A stretch of DNA of 56,012 nt. Source: a virus. Taxonomy: Duplodnaviria; Caudoviricetes. Positions 43,301-50,500 of this stretch are shown one piece after another. Under the pieces are notes generated by a model. It saw only the letters and a list, made by a program, of their open reading frames with translations, was not told the DNA's origin and did no database searches. The number at the start of each line of letters is the position of its first letter. The first letter of the stretch is position 1. The position numbers were made by a program, and so were the translations under genes. The stretch lies in the IMG/VR virus record IMGVR_UViG_3300027805_000018, positions 1-56,012 of that record, one strand, 5' to 3'.

Positions 43301-43591
43301 TGCTGGGAGAGCCGCTGCGGTTGCAAAGTCTGCAGCTGCATGCCAGTTCATGCCAGAAGCTACAGTGTCAACATAAGCTCTTGTGGCTAAATCTGTTGAA
43401 CTTGTTCCTGCGTTAGCCGCAACAACAGAAGTAACGTTTAATGTTCCAGTTGAGGTTATATTACCAACTACTGTACCAGAAGAATCTTTTAATTGAACTA
43501 AAGGCGCTGTGGCATTAGCGGCTGCTTTAATTACAAAAGCTTCATCATAAACTGTAATTTCAGGGGCGGTTTCAATTCTTAAACGGGCCAT
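40364..43591 (-). CDS. Long fibre protein
   Basis: 1075 aa, T/A/G/S-rich; QADAKQNGIY module, SIVNADI repeats, and a C-terminal domain shared with 47586..51785. Confidence 0.8.
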   Translation of the reverse strand: MARLRIETAPEITVYDEAFVIKAAANATAPLVQLKDSSGTVVGNITSTGTLNVTSVVAANAGTSSTDLATRAYVDTVASGMNWHAAADFATAAALPACTYANGTLGVGATLTGDSNGRLTVDGSAQTTGKSILVKNQADAKQNGIYYITAQGVDGSAPFVLTRRSDTDNSIAGQVKAGDAVYIVGGSNNAGQAFTLTSAGTGTGGAIVFGTDSLTYTQFTGTATFTAGAGMVATGNVVDVVTASVNRIVVNANSIDLATVTQTNTAGGNTTSFISGHTVDSYGRITGTETSSVSFAGYATLASPALTGVPTSTTAANGTSNTQIATTQFVNNAIVQGVLDAGNNAILKSLVDAKGDIIVATADNTPARIGIGSNGTILKANSSTPTGVEWGTFSPVITLGGDLSGSATLTSLGNATLTATIAANSVALGTDTTGSYMLDVSGGTGITVSHTQGEGSTATISINTAVTADLTTAQTLANKTLTTPNIGVATATSVNKVTITAPATSATLTLANGSSFITSGAFNTTVTTTANTTVTLPTTGTLYGTATGSITSAQMATSVSDETGTGNLVFSNSPVLVTPNIGIPSFATLTSATGLPISTGVSGLATGIATFLTTPSSANFAAALTDESGTGLVVLNTSPNINTSITTSSATFNLVNTNVTTLNFAGSATTLAIGNTAGNTTLNGNVVVGGSLTVNGANTIINANTLVVADKNIQMANLAVQTNTTADGGGILLHGATDKTFYWYEASTAWTSSEHLNLVSGKVYKINNTTVLSGTTLGSGITGSSLTSFGTSPTLTTPIISSGGATFNGSTSGTILLVANATAGTTTITLPATTGTAVTTGDTGTVTSTMIANSTIVNADISASAGIELSKLATSTAGNIIVYNASGVPTSVAETGDVTISDAGVTSITANSIVNADINTAAAIAYSKLSLSNSVLNADIATTAAIAYSKLNLATSIVNADISTSAAIDQNKIADTTLNQQTASYTLVLTDKNKMVEISNASATTLTIPADNTVNMATGATVTVLQTGAGQITVAGAAGVTVNGTPGLKLRTTWSSATLIKRAANTWVALGDLSA

Positions 43592-43650
43592 ATCTCTCCT
43601 AGTGTGAGACTTTAAACAACTAGGAATATAGTAATAGGCAAACTATGAAA

Positions 43651-44457
43651 TTATTGGGTTATTCTCTTTAAAAACTCAAGCATCTTGCCAGTGTACTTAA
43701 TGCGTCCAAAGTGGGTTAAATTAATAGTTGGATCAACCCAAATTTTCCCAGCCATTTTTTGCCAATATCTACAGAATCCATAGTCTTCAGATAAGAATCT
43801 GCCATCGTCATCTACGTAGGAATTAAACAGAGCGTAAGAGTTTTCTCTTTCTGCACCAGACAAAGCTCCTGTATCATCATTATATTTTAATTTTTTATAC
43901 TTTTTAAACATCTTATCAAATACTTGACGCTTAATTAGCATAAAGCCAGTTCCAGCTTCATAGCATTCGATTGCGCCGTTTTCGATATTTAATTGATTTT
44001 CTCCAGGCTTAGTCATATGCACTACATACCTAGTTGCATATTCCATCAGGTCAGTTGCTGGCAGATCTGCCTGAGCTCCCTCTTTTACCTTATCCCAGCT
44101 TATTTCCTTAATTGGATAGGAAGCTGTCATAACATCTTTATCGTGCCAAAGCATTTTGAGGACAGCTTCTTTATCGAATTGGAGGTCTACGTCAATAAAT
44201 ATCAAATGAGTATATTCTGGATTGCCCATAAACTTGGCAACGAGATTGTTTCTTGCGCGGTTAATCAAAGAATCTGATATAGTGCAAACTGAATACTTTA
44301 AACCAATTTCTTTAAAATAAAGAGCTGTTTGCAAAAAGCTCATCATAAAGGGCTCAGTTACGTGAGAGTCGTAACATGGAAGGGCAAAGAAAATGTGCCA
44401 GTTCTCAAGCTGTTCTTTTGAAATTGTTATATTAATCGGTTGTTCTTCTACAGGCAT
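43651..44457 (-). CDS. Glycosyltransferase-like protein (GT-A fold)
   Basis: SLINRARN, FIDVD (DxD), GTGFMLIKR and LSEDYGFC motifs. Confidence 0.7.
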   Translation of the reverse strand: MPVEEQPINITISKEQLENWHIFFALPCYDSHVTEPFMMSFLQTALYFKEIGLKYSVCTISDSLINRARNNLVAKFMGNPEYTHLIFIDVDLQFDKEAVLKMLWHDKDVMTASYPIKEISWDKVKEGAQADLPATDLMEYATRYVVHMTKPGENQLNIENGAIECYEAGTGFMLIKRQVFDKMFKKYKKLKYNDDTGALSGAERENSYALFNSYVDDDGRFLSEDYGFCRYWQKMAGKIWVDPTINLTHFGRIKYTGKMLEFLKRITQ

Positions 44458-44463
44458 AAGAAA

Positions 44464-44492
44464 ATGTTAGCCTAAAAATAGCTATTTGTCAA
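44464..44492 (-). promoter_or_regulatory. Sigma70-type promoter TTGACA-N17-TAACAT, leaderless spacing
   Basis: Perfect -35, 17-nt spacer, and a -10 ending 6 nt before ATG 44457; no RBS. Confidence 0.7.
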
Positions 44493-44494
44493 AT

Positions 44495-46274
44495 TTAAGC
44501 TATTTGAGTAGCGGTAACAATTACTGATGGAGTTGCTGGTCTTGTAGGACTTGTTTGCGCTGCAGTTGTAACAAGTCTCATATTTACGTCTGGAGACTGC
44601 CACATTAGCTCCATATATTGTCCAGCAGTAACTGAAACTATAAAATTCCAAGCAGCCAAATATTTACCGTTATTTCCTAACACGGTAATTTGAGTATTTG
44701 AATTGGTAATTGGAGTTCCGTTTTTGGCAAACCATATATTCACAAGACCATCAGCATTGTCTGTCTTATCTAGCTGGGCACTGAATTGGATATTATATGT
44801 GCCTGCATTTGCAAATGTTATTCTTGAACCAGAGGTAATAGAAATTCCATTAGTTTCTGTAGCCGTATTACTTAACTGCATTGCGTAGGCAACGCTTGCG
44901 TTTGTGGCGTTTTGCGTTGTCATGTCATAAAAAGAACCATAGTATTTTGGCGCTGCTGTTGTCTGAACGGTATTGTCATTGAACGTTAAATTAGTCACTC
45001 TAACGTTTGCCAATTGAGCTTGAACAATGCCGTCAATATTAAATACACCATTAGCAACGGTTACCGCAGCTGTGTTAGAAGTTACTGAGTCTGTAATGTA
45101 TAACGTTCCGCCGCCAATTGCAATACTCTTCCAACGTAATGCGTTAGTTCCTAATTCATAAACGTTGTCTATAGCTGGAGTTAAATCCCCATCAAACAAA
45201 CCAACTTCAGAGTTGAAAAACTTACTTCCACCTAATTCTGTGTAAACTCCAATTTTTCTAGAGTTTGCAGTTGGGGGAGAAGAAAAAATAACTTTTGCCG
45301 TATTTGCAGTTGTTGCTTCCCATCTTACTGAAACAAATTCATACGGACTAGCTACTGTTCTACACGTTAGGCCTATATCTCTAGTGTTTAAATTATGGGT
45401 TATTGTAAATTCATTATTGGTTCCATCGCCAATAGTTTCAATGTAAGAGTTATCTAAATCTAGTAAAAATACAGAAGCCAACAATGATGCGGTATCTGGA
45501 GCGGTTGAAAAATCTAACGTTACTGAATCTAAGCTAGTTGCGTAACTTAGGACTTCAACTACTTCAAATGGAGAATCTACACTTCTTATAACCGGAACTA
45601 CGTTTCTAGAACCTAAACCATGATTTACTACTATTGTTGAATTTGATCCATCCCCTATTACAGTTGAATAAAATTCCTTTGTGCCTGGACCTTTAATTAC
45701 TACTCGTTTAGAGTTTAGGTTTGGTGTGGATTCAAAATCTATAGTGATACTGTTTGCCGTTGTAGCTTCCCAGCGAACATCTACAACATCGTATGGGCTA
45801 ACACTTTCTCGAACTATTACATTTACATCTTTAGTTCCAAGATTGTGATTAACAACAAAAAGTCGATTAGTGCCATCGCCTATTGTTTCTTCATAAGAAA
45901 TACTTTGAACACCAGTTGCATCTGATGCAGGGACAAACTTAGTTCCATTAAATTTAAGAACTTGATTTAATGAAGCGCCAGTTGGATCTATTTCTATGGA
46001 ATCTACTGTTAAGGTGGTAGTTTGAATATTGCCAACATTAATCGTTGAAGGAAGCGAAAGAGTGTAAGCACCTGTTGTGGTGTTGGCCGTTACTGTTACC
46101 TGACTAGTTGTTCCACTAATTGAGGATATTAAAGCTGCTCCGAATTATGGAGTTTGAAGCGTTTTTATAAAACAACTTACCATCAGCATAGTTAATGGCG
46201 ATTTCACCATCGGCCAAAGTCGTAGGCGCTTGTGAAGGCGTTGCTGATTTCTTAAGAGTAATTGTATTGGCCAT
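44495..46274 (-). CDS. Fibre protein (592 aa): Mtd-N-like N-terminus, three IGDG..N...H.L repeats, C1q/TNF-like tip; +1 shift at codon 45
   Basis: MANTITLKKSATPSQAPTTLADGEIAINYADGKLFYKNASNSII-(C)GGA-AALISS..., open for 219 codons into track ORF 44495..45484. This explains the 0.8-kb gap in the track. Confidence 0.8.
46139..46142 (-). other. +1 recoding site 8 (ATT CGG A), codon 45
   Basis: In-frame CGG; 0-frame stop 7 codons later; the +1 frame is open for 548 codons. Confidence 0.85.
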
Positions 46275-46333
46275 TTTAATCCTTTAGACTATATGGGTAT
46301 AGTAACAAGAATTTATTTTTAATTATATTAAAT

Positions 46334-46594
46334 TTACCATTTACCAAGTGGACAGGAGGCAAATTTTAACTTTACCTTTAACTTCATAAAACAACCACAT
46401 TCCTTGCATTGGTGAGTAACAGGAAGTAGTCTATCGCACTCTAAACATGTGTCGTATCTAGATACAGCTTCTTCATCCGTTACATGTGGTATGTTTGGAT
46501 TTAAGATATCCCAAGGACGAGTGTCCCCTAATTTTTCTTTATAATTTTGTATTGGCTGACCTAATCTAGCCTTATATTCTTGCCATGGTGTCAT
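46334..46594 (-). CDS. Small Cys-rich metal-binding protein (CxxC...CxxCGC...CPxxKW)
   Basis: CLEC, CKECGC and CPLGKW; TATAAT 8 nt upstream of the ATG. Confidence 0.7.
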   Translation of the reverse strand: MTPWQEYKARLGQPIQNYKEKLGDTRPWDILNPNIPHVTDEEAVSRYDTCLECDRLLPVTHQCKECGCFMKLKVKLKFASCPLGKW

Positions 46595-46614
46595 AATTGA
46601 ACATTATATCACGA

Positions 46615-46875
46615 CTATGGTGTTGGCGCATCTGGATTATATCCAGAATTTTCTATAGGTGGCCAAGTTGCACCTATTTGCGGAACAATACCATCTGCTG
46701 GAAATCCATTTTCAAGTAGATAAATAGTTGGACTTGAGGAAAGGCATGCGACCTTTCTCTCATTAGCTGGATTTACAACTGTAATATCAGCTATTTCTCC
46801 ATCGATTACAAATAAAAATGTTGGGTATCCAGTCATATCAGGGATTGGTATACTGCCTTCTGGAATGTTACTCAT
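46615..46875 (-). CDS. Hypothetical protein (possible fibre accessory)
   Basis: Likely start MSNIPEG at 46875 with AGGAGA RBS. Confidence 0.55.
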   Translation of the reverse strand: MSNIPEGSIPIPDMTGYPTFLFVIDGEIADITVVNPANERKVACLSSSPTIYLLENGFPADGIVPQIGATWPPIENSGYNPDAPTP

Positions 46876-46928
46876 ATTGTCTCCTATATAATTATTGCAT
46901 TTTTGCTTTGTGATTATATACAACTATT

Positions 46929-47581
46929 CTAGCACGAAGCTACACCCATGCAGTACTGGAAGTCGGCGTATGTTGCAGGGCAATTGCAATTACAATCTCC
47001 GTAAGCAAAGTAGTATGCACCATAGAAAGTTCCAAAATATGTACACTGAGGAAGTGGTGAGGCGCAGTCAATAAAATCATATTTAAAGCATCCAGTGGAT
47101 GCATTTACTGCTTGGCACGTATAACCAGCACATGGGTCTACGTACCCACATACTCCGTTTCTATATGCTTGATTATATCCACCACTTCCAGGGCATGTTT
47201 GAGAACAACCGCAATCGTAGTATTCATAAGATATAGTTCCCTCACAACTATAGCCAGCAAACGTACATCCGTCTGGCCATGGTGCAGGGTCGCATGAACA
47301 GAATGCTGGTGGGAAATATGGAGGGAAATAAGGTGGGAAAAATGGACTATATATCGTGTAGCCTATTGAAGTGCCTAATAAAGTAATAGCTGTATCAGTA
47401 AGTGATGTTGTTAGCTTATTTTCCAAAGCTGGATCATCGGTGTTACTGGTTGATACAGTTCCCACTGTAAAGCCTGCATTTGTAATTGTTGTATTAGCGT
47501 TAGAGGCGGTAGTACCGTGAACTTATAGTTGGCTTATTATTTTTTCTTGCTCCGACCTGCACTGCCTGCTGGAATTGTCAT
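46929..47581 (-). CDS. PASTA-like domain + short FPP repeat + 18-Cys domain protein (216 aa) with two +1 shifts
   Basis: MTIPAGSAG-(C)GGA-ARKNNKPTISS-(C)GGT-TTASNANTTITNAGFTVG... continues into track ORF 46929..47465; ATG 47581 lies 4 nt after the fibre stop. Confidence 0.8.
47514..47517 (-). other. +1 recoding site 10 (TCA CGG T), codon 22
   Basis: In frame only after the shift at site 9; aligns with site 7. Confidence 0.85.
47551..47554 (-). other. +1 recoding site 9 (GGT CGG A), codon 10
   Basis: In-frame CGG from ATG 47581; 0-frame stop 4 codons later. Confidence 0.8.
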
Positions 47582-47585
47582 AAAA

Positions 47586-50500
47586 TTAAACCTTTAAGTC
47601 GCCAACTGCCACCCAGGTAGTTGAATTTAATCTTATAAGTGTAGCAGATGACCACTGCGCACGCAAACGATATCCAGGAGTTCCATTTACTGTAATACCC
47701 GAACCGGTTATTGTCACTTCTCCAGTTCCAGCTCTTAACAGATCTATTCTGTCACCATCATTAAATGTAGCAGATGTCGAAACCGTTATAGTCATGTCCG
47801 AAGAGCTATTTGCTACTATTAATTTAGCGAGGTCAGTAGAAACTAAGGTATTGCTTGACGTAACTGTTCTTAGGGTGGAATTAAATCCACCTCTTGCAGC
47901 ACCAGCTTGAAGATCTGTAGTGGTAATAGTATTCGATAAGTTTAATTTAGAATAATCAATTGCTGCTGCTGAATTTATATCTGCGTTTACTATTGAGTTA
48001 GACGCAATTGCCGTCACCCCAGTGTCTGATATAGTGACGTCGCCGGTCTCTGAAACCCAGGTAGGAATACCCGATGAGTTAGCAACGATAATTTGACCCG
48101 AAGTTCCTGCAGCCAACTTACTAAGTGAAATTCCTGCAGATGAATTAATATCTGCGTCAACAATTACGTTGGATGAAATTGCAGTTACGCCTGCATCTGA
48201 TATGGTGATATCCCCAGTTTCTGAAACCCAAGTTGGAACTCCTGATGAGTTAGCAACTATGATTTGCCCTGAAGTTCCACTAGCTAACTTACTCAGCGCA
48301 ATTGCCGCTGCTGAGTTAATATCAGCATTAACAATCGAGTTCGATGCAATTTGAACGTTACCAGTATTGGAGATTGTAACATCTCCAGAAATTTGAGTAC
48401 CAGTTGCAACGCCAGTTGAGTTACCTAATAATACATAAGCCGATGTCAATGAGCTGCTTACTGCATCTGTTATTCCGTATCCAGATAGTGTTGTCGGATT
48501 TGTTCCACTGGTAACTCTACCGTATGCGTCAACAGTTACTGATTTATAAGTATTAGCTGAAACACCAGTTGTTGCAAGATCTATATTGTCTGCATTAACA
48601 ACAATTCTAGAAGATGAAGCTGTTCCCACATCAAATTGATTACCAGTAGTACTTAAACCATTACCAGCTACTGAGGTTGATGCTCCAGTAAATTGAGTAA
48701 AAGTTATATTATCTGTTCCAATTACGATTGCACTATTAGTTCCAGTGCCGTATGCGTCCTGTATAAAACCTTTGCTTCCATTGGTGCTACCACCTGTTAC
48801 AAATACTGCATCGCCTGGGACTATTGTTGCTGATGAACCAGAGTTATCAAAGTCTGTTGCGCGAATAATTTGCCAAGCAACCGTAGCGTTTCCAGTGGTT
48901 ACTATTGTGTAAATACCATTTTGCTTGGCATCGGTTTGAGACTTAAGTAATATTCTATCTCCAGCTACTACAGATGCGCTGTCTATAGTTCCTATCGAAC
49001 CAACTGTTGCTTTAGTTAAAGTGGCACCAACACCGCTTACGCCATTATCATAATTTCCAGCAAGGTCGCCTGAAGTAGCAGCCTTAACTGCTGCGTGCCA
49101 ATTAATTCCAGAAGCAAAAGAATCTACGTAAGCCTTAGTTGCTATAACAGAAGTATTTACTGCAACTGTAGGAGTTGCAGCTTCTCCTGAATTATTAGTT
49201 AGCGTAATACCAGTTCCAGCTACAAGTGAAGAAATAAAGTCACCAGTTGTGTCAGTTCCCAAGGCTACAGAATTGGCTGCAATTGTTGCAGTAAGTGTAG
49301 CATTTCCTAAGTTGGTTAGAGTGGCACTACCAGTTAAGTCGCCAGCAAGTGTTATTGTGGGAGATGTTGACGAAGAGGCTTTATTGTTCAATTGTGTTTG
49401 AATTGCGGAAGTAACTCCATCTAAGTAGGAAATTTCTGTATTACTTACGTTCCCAATTGATGTTGTACTTGGAAGTGTTACGTTGCCCGTAAAAGTTGGA
49501 CTTGCTAAATTTGATTTAAGATCTAAAGCTGTTTGTGTAGCCGTAGAAACTGGCTTGTTTGCGTCGCTAGTATTATCGACATTTCCCAAACCAACTGTTG
49601 ATTTAGTTGGAGTAACAGCAACCCATGCAGTTCCATTCCACTTTAATATATCATCTGTTGACTTTGATGAAACGCTAACATCGCCAACGTCATCTAAATT
49701 ATTTATTGTAGGAATAGATGAATTTACCCAAGTATTTCCATCAAACTTTAAAAACTGACCAGTTGCATTGCCGCTAATTATAACATCACCCATATCGGTT
49801 GTGATGTTAGCTTTTCGGTTTACCCATTTACTTCCGTTATATATTAAAGCATCGCCGCTAGTTACTGAACCAATCATTACGTCACCAGATAGGTTATCTA
49901 ATCTTCCAGTTACCACCACAGATGTACTTTGAACTGATCCATAAATAGTGATATTCATTTCATCTGTAGCTGGTGGATTTGTAAAATTCACCGTTACGTG
50001 ATTATTGGAAAATTCCCCTATGCTATTTGTTGTGCTCCATCTTGTTTCAATTACCTCATATGTGATATTGCTTCTTATTGTTACTACAACGTCTGCTGTT
50101 CCTAATCCATGAAAGAGAGTAAAGTCAGTGTCTGTATTATTTCCTCTTGTGAAAGAAGATGATGTTCCAGCAGGTGCTTCTGGTATTATGCTGTTAATCC
50201 ACTTTGATGAAGTGGAATCATATATGAGAATTTGACCATTTGAAACGTTACTGAGTAATACATCTGAAATTTTATTAATATTTATATCATCATTTATCCA
50301 GGCTGAACCATTATATAATAATACATCATTTGCTGCGGCATTAGATAATGTAACCCCAGATAGGTCGTCTAGAGTTCTATTGTTAATATATGTAACAGCA
50401 TTTGAATATGCTGTGTTGCCAACACTGTCGGCATAGCTGCTTACGCTCGCTGCAGAATTGGATATATTTGACACCATATTTGTTGTATAAGAATCTGCCA

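Noticed and set aside
3820-47581. Reading the split genes as pseudogenes or random sequencing indels
   Set aside because: All ten breaks are +1, all fall on an in-frame CGG, none needs a homopolymer error, there are no in-frame nonsense mutations, and one site is shared by paralogues. Raw reads are still needed to exclude a systematic artefact completely.
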